NCBI GenBank assembly: GCA_044869275.1
Contig: JBIOXB010000096.1
Span: 1-56,557 of the forward strand
Reading direction: 5' to 3'
Source of the DNA: a bacterium
GTDB lineage: Bacteria > Zhuqueibacterota > Zhuqueibacteria > Zhuqueibacterales > Zhuqueibacteraceae
DNA: 56,557 nucleotides
Below are positions 1 to 7,788 of the stretch, in pieces. Within the stretch, counting starts at the first letter, position 1. Every line of letters begins with the position of its first letter. The notes under the pieces were generated by a model. The model saw only the letters and a list, made by a program, of their open reading frames with translations, made no database searches and was not told where the DNA came from. Made by a program: the position numbers and the translations under genes.

Positions 1-2
1 TG

Positions 3-125
3 ATTGAACGGTTAAGGCAGCGATGGGAGCTCGGCGAAAAACTTCTGACGCAATTAATTGACGATCTAATGAGTGTCGCCGCAGGCCTGTTTTTACAGCC
101 TCAAATCACGAAGTCAGAAAGTTGA
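3..125 (+). CDS. possible 3' end of a gene entering from outside the window
   Basis: Frame +3 is open from the window edge (IERLRQRWELGEKLLTQLIDDL...) to TGA at 123-125; no recognisable motif. Confidence 0.25.
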   Translation: MERLRQRWELGEKLLTQLIDDLMSVAAGLFLQPQITKSES

Positions 126-255
126 GTCACTGGGTTTCCCTGCTCTTTCTTCTACTTTTCTTAACAAATAACTTTGTGCAAAAGAGTTCATTTTGTATGA
201 ACTCGAACCCTAAACAAAGCGAATTGGAGCTGCCTTGGCTAAATTTGTAATCGTC

Positions 256-684
256 CTAAATGACCTCAGGCAAGAAGTAATCAACGTTGTACGTTACAAT
301 GCGAAGCCTCCCGGGTTGTGGCAAACGTTCCAATTCCCACGTCTGCGCTACGTAAAAGCCAGCTTGCTCACTCCCAGCACCCGACGCGTTGTCTAAGACC
401 GACCGCTTCCAGTAAAGCACTACCTCGACTTTTGCCGTGTCTTGAGCCGACGTAATCCTTAATCCCTTGATGCTATGGATTTGATCAACAAAGTTTCTTA
501 CACCTTGATACCATTCTTTGAAACCCTCATGACCATAAAAAGTCCTCTCGGGCATTTTCATCGACAATTTTTCATCTGCCACAAAAGGAAGCATCTCTGC
601 AACGGGAGGGTGTATATCGAGTTGGCTAAACCACTCGCGCATGAACTGCTTCACCTCAGATTCGGCAACCAATTCGTTTGACAT
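256..684 (-). CDS. SnoaL-like / NTF2-fold small protein
   Basis: 142 aa from ATG 684 with GGAGAG RBS. The pattern 'W F..LD.H......FV.D..L....P.....GHEGFKEWY' followed by beta-rich C-terminus is typical of NTF2/SnoaL-like proteins. Confidence 0.6.
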   Translation of the reverse strand: MSNELVAESEVKQFMREWFSQLDIHPPVAEMLPFVADEKLSMKMPERTFYGHEGFKEWYQGVRNFVDQIHSIKGLRITSAQDTAKVEVVLYWKRSVLDNASGAGSEQAGFYVAQTWELERLPQPGRLRIVTYNVDYFLPEVI

Positions 685-731
685 TGCCTTCTCTCCGGCA
701 TGCTTTCTACTAAAAGTTTGCAAATATCCCC

Positions 732-1320
732 TCAGTCTTTTTGTTGATCTTGCGAGTTATTTTGATCTTGACTGTTGTCATCTTTGGAAAACACCGCTTT
801 CGCTACTTCTTTCAGCCGGTGCATAAATTCCGGTGAAGCATAACCAGCGAGAATGGCCACAGCGATATAAGGTAATCGGCCTGTTAAGGTTGACCAGCTT
901 TGCTCGGTGGCATTGATTGAAAGCGAGGTAACGAGTAAATTACCAAGAAAAAAAAGCCAGTAAACCCGTAACCGCGCCCCTTAAAGGGCGAAGATAGAAA
1001 TCTATTTCAGACTGACTTGATTCCGTGTGATCGCCTCTCAGAAAAGCAAGAAGATTGTCATTACACAGATTACACAAAATTCCTCCAGCAGCTCCGGCTA
1101 CAAACATCGCTATTAATGTTGTGATGATGACGAGGCGATAGGTCGTATTATCCGCGGCGTCCTTCAGCTCGCTATTGTCTGACAGCGATGGTGTAAAAGC
1201 GATAAGAGCTGCCAATGCGGTGGATAAGAAAATCGCCAGAAAGACATTGTAGGCAATCAGGTAGTTTCTGTGCCTTCTTGCCCAGTGAGAATCGTTCTGT
1301 TCTTTTGGATTATCAGCCAT
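732..1320 (-). pseudogene. multi-pass membrane protein interrupted by a +1 frameshift in an A8/T8 tract (948-955)
   Basis: The ORF from ATG 1320 stops at 940. Removing one T from the run gives ...GLLAFFLGNLLVTSLS...YIAVAILAGYASPEFMHRLKEVAKAVFS...QDQQKD* (stop 732-734), a coherent 195-aa, ~4-TM protein. Confidence 0.7.
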
Positions 1321-1369
1321 TTTGGAACCCCAACTTTGCAGCATCGAATTGTTGCTGTTCTGTTACTTA

Positions 1370-1385
1370 TTCAATTGGTGTGCCG
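1370..1385 (-). promoter_or_regulatory. putative sigma54 (-24/-12) promoter
   Basis: Minus strand CGGCACACCAATTGAA versus consensus TGGCACN5TTGCW: GG-N10 spacing is right but GA replaces GC. Lies ~50 bp upstream of ATG 1320. Confidence 0.45.
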
Positions 1386-1481
1386 CAAAACAGAAGACAT
1401 TTTTAGAAAAAGACATCTGCTTGATTTTGAAAGCTTTCATTACAGGTTGATTTGATAGGGCATCAATGCTGAGAAATGAAT

Positions 1482-1509
1482 CCGACATTTTTGTCGGGGA
1501 AATTCGACA
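1482..1509. promoter_or_regulatory. putative upstream activator sequence (overlapping palindromes)
   Basis: CCGACA-TTTT-TGTCGG overlapping TGTCG-N8-CGACA, ~100-125 bp upstream of the putative sigma54 promoter. Confidence 0.45.
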
Positions 1510-1823
1510 TTTGTTGCTCTATGTTTGTGTCGTGCTTTTCATTGCCGCTTAATTCAAATGCCACTCAACTCAGCAGAAAATATCTTCACCGCAAGAACGA
1601 TTTGTTTTAGTGAAGGTGACTCTGCTTCCAAAGCTTCAACTCAGCGCTGCACGAATTCTTATTTTGTACGGAATTAAGCCTCTTGTAAGACTCCTTTTTG
1701 ACTGTAACATAAGATAAGCATTCGCGCCACGGCTTTTCAATCACCACTTTGCGGTAATTTTCGGTTGGAAGACGAATAAAGGAAGGAGGAAGTCATCATT
1801 TTGGAGTAGAAACGGGGACGAGA

Positions 1824-1858
1824 GGCAAAAAGCAAACAGCAAAAGGCAAAAAGCAAGA
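1824..1858. repeat. tandem heptamer repeat (RGCAAAA-like x5)
   Basis: ggcaaaa agcaaac agcaaaa ggcaaaa agcaaga; related copies at 14254-14288 (inside a CDS) and 55149-55169. Confidence 0.7.
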
Positions 1859-1886
1859 CGATGAATGGGGTATGTAACGCAGAAGG

Positions 1887-1928
1887 GTAGCGCAGACATC
1901 TTGTCTGCAGTCTGGAAGACTGCGCTAC
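1887..1928. repeat. GTAG-type REP-like inverted repeat
   Basis: GTAGCGCAG...CTGCGCTAC arms with internal palindromes (gcagac..gtctgc), just downstream of the response regulator gene. Confidence 0.6.
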
Positions 1929-1968
1929 GATTTTCACTCCGTGCGTGATGCAATATGGGTAGGGAAAT

Positions 1969-2613
1969 CTACCGGCCCAAATATTTCAGGGCGGCTTCGG
2001 TGCGGGAATGAACGTGGAGTTTCTTGTAGATGTTGCGGATGTGGGTACGAATCGTTTCGACGCTCACGAAAAGCGTATCGGCAATCTCTTTGTCGTGATG
2101 TCCCTTGGCAAGGTAGGATAGGATTTCCATTTCACGTTCGGTGAGGGCTTCGATTTCCTGGCGTGACTTTCCGATTTGTTGAAAGGCTTGCACCACCTTG
2201 CGCGCAATTTGGCTTGACATGGGCGAGCCGCCGTTGTGCAGGCTTTGGATCGCTTTCAACAACTCCGAGGGCGGGGTCTTTTTGAGAACATAGCCGGTTG
2301 CGCCTGCCAAGAGCGACTGAAAAATCAGCTCATCATCCTCATACATGGTGAGCATCATGATCTGCAGCGCCGGCAGACGCTCCTTCAGCCGGGCCACGCA
2401 ATCAATGCCGGACATCTGCGGCAGCCGGATATCCATCAGCACCACGTCCGGCGCCTCGCGCGGAAGCTCGTCGAGGGCCTCCTCGGCATTGTGATAGGCC
2501 GCCACGCAGGCGAGCCCGGGAGAGCCATTGATGAGGGCTGCCAGGCCTTCGCGAATCTCCCGATTGTCTTCAACAATGGCGACTTTGATGGACATCGGCG
2601 TGGTTTGATTCAT
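1969..2613 (-). CDS. NarL/LuxR-family DNA-binding response regulator
   Basis: Receiver domain (IVEDN, DVVLMDI, LTM, YVLK) plus LuxR HTH (LTEREMEIL...KEIADTLFVSVETIRTHIRNIYKKL). Start may be 2613 or 2595. Confidence 0.93.
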   Translation of the reverse strand: MNQTTPMSIKVAIVEDNREIREGLAALINGSPGLACVAAYHNAEEALDELPREAPDVVLMDIRLPQMSGIDCVARLKERLPALQIMMLTMYEDDELIFQSLLAGATGYVLKKTPPSELLKAIQSLHNGGSPMSSQIARKVVQAFQQIGKSRQEIEALTEREMEILSYLAKGHHDKEIADTLFVSVETIRTHIRNIYKKLHVHSRTEAALKYLGR

Positions 2614-2721
2614 TCCATCATCAAAGTACATTTTGGCCTCAAAAAAATCAATACTCCAAATGCGGTATTTTAATTTGGCATCACACAACCCAGCACAAGC
2701 CGGAACCAAAAAGAAAAAGCC

Positions 2722-2842
2722 TCACGCAAAGACGCGAAGACGCAAAGAATCCGCAAAGTTTTCCAAAGACCAAGCAATAATAAGTTTGACCTTTTGAAGG
2801 CTTTTCTTTGCGGCGTCTTTGCGGCTCGGCGTCTTTGCGTGA
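2722..2842. repeat. intergenic periodic inverted repeat (CGCAAAG / CTTTGCG units)
   Basis: tcacgcaaagacgcgaagacgcaaag ... ctttgcggcgtctttgcggctcggcgtctttgcgtga. Confidence 0.75.
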
Positions 2843-2865
2843 AAGTTTTTTGCAACGATTACATT

Positions 2866-5800
2866 TCAAGAAACCGGCAAGGGCAATTCCACCACCACGC
2901 TGATCTGCGTTCCGGCATCCGGCTGTGATTGCAGGGCGAAATTGCCGCCAATCTCCTCGATGCGCTTCTTCATGTTCAACAGGCCGTTCCCGAAATGCTG
3001 CAAGTTTTCTGGTGTAAAGCCTTTGCCGTTATCAGTGACGAAAAGCTCCAGCCGCTGCGGCGTACACGCCAGACGCAACACCACTTCGCTGGCCACGGCA
3101 TGTTTGACGATATTGTGCAGCGCTTCCTTGAAAACGAGAAACAGATTGCGACGAGCTTCCGCGGAAAGCTGAATGTCCGGTATCGTTTCCGTAAACTCAC
3201 AACGGTACTTGAGCGTAGCCATCATGAGGTAGCGCCCGGCATACTGCCGCAAATAGGCGCTCAAATCGTCCAACCGGTCGTGCTTGGGATTGATCGCCCA
3301 GATGATTTCGCCGATGTTGTCGATCACCTCGCGCGCTCTTTCGGAAATTTTCCGGAGCTGGCTTTCCACCTCTTTTTCCGGCGGTAAAATTTTTTGTGCC
3401 AGCTCGCTGAGAATCGCAATTTCTGTCAGACTGGCGCCGATTTCATCGTGCATGTCTTGCGAAATGCGCAAGCGCTCCCGTTCCAGCGCTTGCTGTTTCT
3501 CCAAGGCTCTCAATCTCTCCTGCAGCTTTCGCATTTCAATGTATCGAATCGTGCTCCAAATTGTGATGACGAGGGCCACCCAGAAAAGGCTGGCAAACCA
3601 CCACGTTTTCCAGAACGGTGGCACAATGCTGATCTTGACTGCGGCACCGGTTTCGTTCCAAACCCCGTCATTATTTGATCCTTTTACGCGAAAAACATAA
3701 TGGCCGGGATTGACGTTGGTGTAATTGGCATAGTGTCTGGTTCCGGCGTAAATCCAATCTCGGTCGAACCCCTCCAGTTTATAAGCATATTGATTTTTTT
3801 TTGGTACGGTAAAATCCAACGCGGCAAATTCAAATGAAAAAAAGTTCTGCCGGTAGGAGAGACGAAGCTCCGGAAACGCCGCACCGGCTTTAGGCAGCGG
3901 CAGCGGCTCCTCAAAAACTTTGAACTGGGTAATGGCAATGGGAGGAATATGCTCATTGTCTCTTAAACTATCGGGATGGAAAGCGAGGCCGCCCTGGTCA
4001 CAGCCAAAAAATAATCGGCCCTCACGGCTTTTGTATGCAGCGCCCGAAAGAAACACATTGCTCAACAATCCTTCCTGCACCGTGTAGTTTCTGAATGTTT
4101 GGGTGCGCGGATTGAATTTTGACAACCCTTTGTCCGTGCTCAACCAAAGATTGCCGTGCGCATCGGGCAAGATGCTCTTTACAAAATTGTCGGGCAGACC
4201 CTCGCGTTCCGTGTATTGCTCAACCTGTTTGGTGCGGGAATCATAGCGTTTCAGACCCTCACTGAATGTGCCGGCCCAAACCCCTCCGGCCGGGTCCACA
4301 TAGAGCGAGTAGATGGTGCTTATATCCTGGGAATTATTCAAACCACAAGGATACGGGGCCGATGCCTTTGTTTTTTTATCAAGCCGATATAGGCCACGAC
4401 CAAAAGTACCAACCCACAATTCACCCTCTTTGCCCTCGGCGAGGCTCCAGACCTCAGTATCCGGCGAATCGAGAGGGCAAGGCGTGAAGGTTTTCTTCTC
4501 GCGATCCCAGTGCTTTAAGCCGGTTCCTGTGCCAATCGTGCCAAGCCAGAGGTCCCCCTCGCGATCTTCATAAAGGGTTTTGCAGCCACTATTCTTTGAA
4601 TTGCCCGGCAGATAATGGAAAGAGACAAAATTATCCGCCTCTGCGCTATACCGACTCACGACGCCACTCGTACCGATCCAGATTTTTCCTTCTCGATCTT
4701 CGCGAATGGCCCTCACGCCATCGCCGCCGAGGCTTCTGGGATTTTGAGGATCATGAACATATTGAACCCAGCGCCGGCGTTGCCGGTCATACCTAAACAG
4801 GCCATGAAAGTCAGTACCCAACCAGAGATTGCCGCTTCTGTCTTCAAGAACAGCGTACACTTCTTGATCAATCTTGTAGTGCTGAAATACCGTTTGCCGG
4901 CGAATATAACGATTGAGGCCGCCGCGATATGAGCCGACCCACAAAATGCCTGAGCGGTCTTCATAGAGGCAAGGCACACGACTTTGACTCAAGGAAGTTG
5001 GCGCTTCAGGATCGTGGAGAAAGCGAATAAAACGGCCGGCTGCGGCTTCATAACGCCACAAACCGAGATGCATGGTGCCGGCCCAGAGCACACCTCGACG
5101 ATCTGCGTAGAGAGCGAAGATCACACCCGAGATCTTATCGCGAGCGTCAAACGGGTAACGCACGATCGTACCTTGCTGCGGGTCATATTGATTCAATCCA
5201 TCGTTGGTGCCGATCCAGAGAACGCCCCGCTGCTTTGGGTCTTCGCGTATGCAGAAAATGTAGTCATGGCTCAAACTTTTGGAGTCGTTGGGGTCGTGAC
5301 GATAATGGATGAAGGTATTCTTTTGCGGAGCATAGCGGTTGAGGCCGCCATTGGTGCCAATCCACAACGTGTTCCGTGCAGCGGAATCTTCACAGAGCGA
5401 GGTGATAACATCACTGCTAATCGAGGTCGTGTCGTGGGGATCATGCCGGTAGTGTGTGAAAACATGCTGTTGTGGATGGTAGCGATATAGTCCCACGTTG
5501 GTGCCAATCCAAAATTCGCCTTGCGTGTCCTCAATGATGGCGTTAACATATTTACCGATTAAGCTGGGACCGTTGGTTACGATGTTTTCAAAACGATCAA
5601 ATTTATTCGTCTCGGAATTGTAGCGATACAGCCGGTCTGAACCGATCCACAGATTCCCCTCGTGATCTACGTACAAGCAGCGAATGCATGCATTGCGCAA
5701 CGCCAGCGTATCTGCCGGATCGGTTTTGTAAACGGTAAAAGTGTAGCCGTCATATTTGTTCAGCCCGTTCTCCGTGCCGATCCAGAGAAAACCCTGCTGG

Positions 5801-5985
5801 TCCTGTACGATCGCCGTGATGGAAAAATTGGAAAGTCCCTGCTCAGTGGAGATATGGTCGAAGCGCATATCGTCTGATTGGGCGTGAAGAGCCACAGGAA
5901 GAATCAAGAGAAAATTGAAGCAAAGACGTGCGCTGGACATGCTTTGGTTGCTTTTTGCTATTCGGCATTTGCAGGTTAAACGCAT
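2866..5985 (-). CDS. membrane sensor histidine kinase: periplasmic beta-propeller (Reg_prop repeats) + Y_Y_Y + TM + HisKA_3 + HATPase_c
   Basis: Signal peptide, many 'ED..G.LWIGT' repeats, YAYKLEGFD...YTNVNPGHYVFRVKGSNNDGVW, PPFWKTWWF, H-box ISQDMHDEIG, N-box EALHNIVKHA, DNGKGF, GNGLLNM. Start may be 5940. Confidence 0.93.
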   Translation of the reverse strand: MRLTCKCRIAKSNQSMSSARLCFNFLLILPVALHAQSDDMRFDHISTEQGLSNFSITAIVQDQQGFLWIGTENGLNKYDGYTFTVYKTDPADTLALRNACIRCLYVDHEGNLWIGSDRLYRYNSETNKFDRFENIVTNGPSLIGKYVNAIIEDTQGEFWIGTNVGLYRYHPQQHVFTHYRHDPHDTTSISSDVITSLCEDSAARNTLWIGTNGGLNRYAPQKNTFIHYRHDPNDSKSLSHDYIFCIREDPKQRGVLWIGTNDGLNQYDPQQGTIVRYPFDARDKISGVIFALYADRRGVLWAGTMHLGLWRYEAAAGRFIRFLHDPEAPTSLSQSRVPCLYEDRSGILWVGSYRGGLNRYIRRQTVFQHYKIDQEVYAVLEDRSGNLWLGTDFHGLFRYDRQRRRWVQYVHDPQNPRSLGGDGVRAIREDREGKIWIGTSGVVSRYSAEADNFVSFHYLPGNSKNSGCKTLYEDREGDLWLGTIGTGTGLKHWDREKKTFTPCPLDSPDTEVWSLAEGKEGELWVGTFGRGLYRLDKKTKASAPYPCGLNNSQDISTIYSLYVDPAGGVWAGTFSEGLKRYDSRTKQVEQYTEREGLPDNFVKSILPDAHGNLWLSTDKGLSKFNPRTQTFRNYTVQEGLLSNVFLSGAAYKSREGRLFFGCDQGGLAFHPDSLRDNEHIPPIAITQFKVFEEPLPLPKAGAAFPELRLSYRQNFFSFEFAALDFTVPKKNQYAYKLEGFDRDWIYAGTRHYANYTNVNPGHYVFRVKGSNNDGVWNETGAAVKISIVPPFWKTWWFASLFWVALVITIWSTIRYIEMRKLQERLRALEKQQALERERLRISQDMHDEIGASLTEIAILSELAQKILPPEKEVESQLRKISERAREVIDNIGEIIWAINPKHDRLDDLSAYLRQYAGRYLMMATLKYRCEFTETIPDIQLSAEARRNLFLVFKEALHNIVKHAVASEVVLRLACTPQRLELFVTDNGKGFTPENLQHFGNGLLNMKKRIEEIGGNFALQSQPDAGTQISVVVELPLPVS

Positions 5986-5998
5986 GATTTGAAGATGA

Positions 5999-7564
5999 TT
6001 ATTTTTTCGGAGACTGCAACGCCAGCCGTTTGATTTTATACCGCATAACTCTCTCCGAAATCTTCAATTCTTTGGCTGCCGTGGTCTGGTTCCAGTCGTA
6101 CTTGTTCAGCACCTGCCGCAAAATCTCTCGCTCATAATTTGCCAATAGGGCGTCCAGGTTTCCGGTCATGGGAAGATCAGACGGTTTGGGTTGGATTGCG
6201 CCAAAAGATAGTTCAAAGGGAAGATACTCCGATTTCAGAGTCGCCTCATTCGGTTTTGCTAAAATCGCCGCGCGTTCGATCACGTTCTCCAATTCGCGCA
6301 CGTTGCCGGGCCAGGAGTAACGCTCCAGAATTTTTACGGCGTCAGCAGCGAGATGGCGCAATTGCTTGCCATGCTTTTCGGCAAAGCGCTTGAGGAAATT
6401 GGCGGCAAGCGTGGGAATATCTTCCACACGCTCTCGCAGAGCAGGCAGTTTGATCGAAACGACATTAAGTCGAAAAAAAAGATCAGACCGAAATTCGCCC
6501 TTGGCAATTCTCTGATTTAAATCAATCGAGGCGGCGGTGATGATGCGGACGTCTACTTTGCGGGATTGGTTGGAGCCGATGGGGCGAATCTCTCCTTCCT
6601 GGAGCACGCGCAGCAACTTCGACTGTGTTTCTAAAGTCGTGTTGGCAATTTCATCGAGGAACAGAGTGCCGCCGTTGGCTTCTTCGAACAAGCCCCGGCG
6701 ATCCCGATCCGCGCCGGTAAAAGAACCACGAACATGTCCAAACAGCTCGCTTTCCAACAAGGTGGGCGGCAACGCGCCGCAATCGACTGCAACAAATGGG
6801 CGATGATTGCGGGGGCCTTCGTGATGAATGATTCTGGCAATCAATTCTTTGCCAGTGCCGCTCTCTCCCTGCAACAGCACCCGGCCTTCGGTGGGGATGA
6901 CTCGATCGAGAAGGCCAAACACTTCTTTCATGGCCGGACTTCGTCCCAGAATGCCATGCAGAGAATAACGATCCGAAACTTCCTGCCGTAGTTTCTGGTA
7001 ATCGCTAAACAATTGTTCTCGGATATGCGCCTGCTCGATGAATTCAGCAGTCTCTTGCGCCAGTGCCAACGCCATTTGAGCGTGCGGTTCAGCGAACGGG
7101 CTGGTCGGCCGGACGCGAATGAGACTGATGACGCCGATGACATTCTCCTGCAGCGTAATCGGAACCGCCAGTAAGGAGGAAATATTTTCATAGCGTTTCG
7201 CCGCGGCGCCCAGCTTGATTTGCGCCGCGACATCGTGGGTGAGCAATAAGGAATGATGCTTGAGAATCCATCCCGTAATCAGATTTTCGAGATGAGAATC
7301 ACAACCATCTTCTTGAGGTTTTGATTTTCTAATCAACGTCTTATGGGTTCGCTCTGAACCTGGCCGCAGCAGTTGAATGGAGCCGCAGTCGGACTGAACC
7401 AGTTCGATAAATTCATGGAGGAATGACTCCAGCGCCTGCTCCAGTAGAGGCGTTTTGCCTAAAAGATGTGCGATGCGATTGGCGGCTTGAAGGAGGCCAA
7501 GTTGTCTCTTCGCATCATCAAAGGAAGTTTCATTCCTGCTTTCTTCTAATCGCGCATTCATCAT
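5999..7564 (-). CDS. GAF-domain sigma54-dependent transcriptional activator (bEBP) with Fis-type HTH
   Basis: N-terminal GAF (SLLAVPI...VIGVI), Walker A GESGTGKE, ESELFGH, GSFTGA, Walker B LFLDEI, WPGNVRELEN, C-terminal HTH; GGAGG RBS. Confidence 0.93.
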   Translation of the reverse strand: MMNARLEESRNETSFDDAKRQLGLLQAANRIAHLLGKTPLLEQALESFLHEFIELVQSDCGSIQLLRPGSERTHKTLIRKSKPQEDGCDSHLENLITGWILKHHSLLLTHDVAAQIKLGAAAKRYENISSLLAVPITLQENVIGVISLIRVRPTSPFAEPHAQMALALAQETAEFIEQAHIREQLFSDYQKLRQEVSDRYSLHGILGRSPAMKEVFGLLDRVIPTEGRVLLQGESGTGKELIARIIHHEGPRNHRPFVAVDCGALPPTLLESELFGHVRGSFTGADRDRRGLFEEANGGTLFLDEIANTTLETQSKLLRVLQEGEIRPIGSNQSRKVDVRIITAASIDLNQRIAKGEFRSDLFFRLNVVSIKLPALRERVEDIPTLAANFLKRFAEKHGKQLRHLAADAVKILERYSWPGNVRELENVIERAAILAKPNEATLKSEYLPFELSFGAIQPKPSDLPMTGNLDALLANYEREILRQVLNKYDWNQTTAAKELKISERVMRYKIKRLALQSPKK

Positions 7565-7603
7565 CTCTCGCCTCCATCAAAACTTGGCAACGTTAATCTC
7601 CAC

Positions 7604-7757
7604 CATGGATTTTCGCGTGAGTCGAAATCCGAAGCCCTGCGGGCAGCTTCAAAGCAAAAGCTTTTGGACGCGGATGACGCGGATGAAACGGATTCTCGCG
7701 GATTTGATATTTTGGTTTTATCCGTGCTCATCCGTTCAATCCGTCTGATCCGTGTTC
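7604..7757 (-). repeat. composite structured element, copy 1 (CGGAT/ATCCG inverted array + conserved two-hairpin tail)
   Basis: Minus strand: 9-10-mer CGGAT units inverted to ATCCG units, then GAAGCTGCCCGCAGGGCTTCGGATTTCG..CGAAAATCCA. The tail is homologous to 34352-34405 and 40556-40601. Confidence 0.7.
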
Positions 7758-7788
7758 AAAAAGATGACTCAAGAACTATCAGTGCCGA

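Noticed and set aside
6712..6730. GSFTGA instead of GAFTGA as a sign of a sigma54-independent activator
   Set aside because: GSFTGA is a known functional variant that keeps the critical Phe-Thr.
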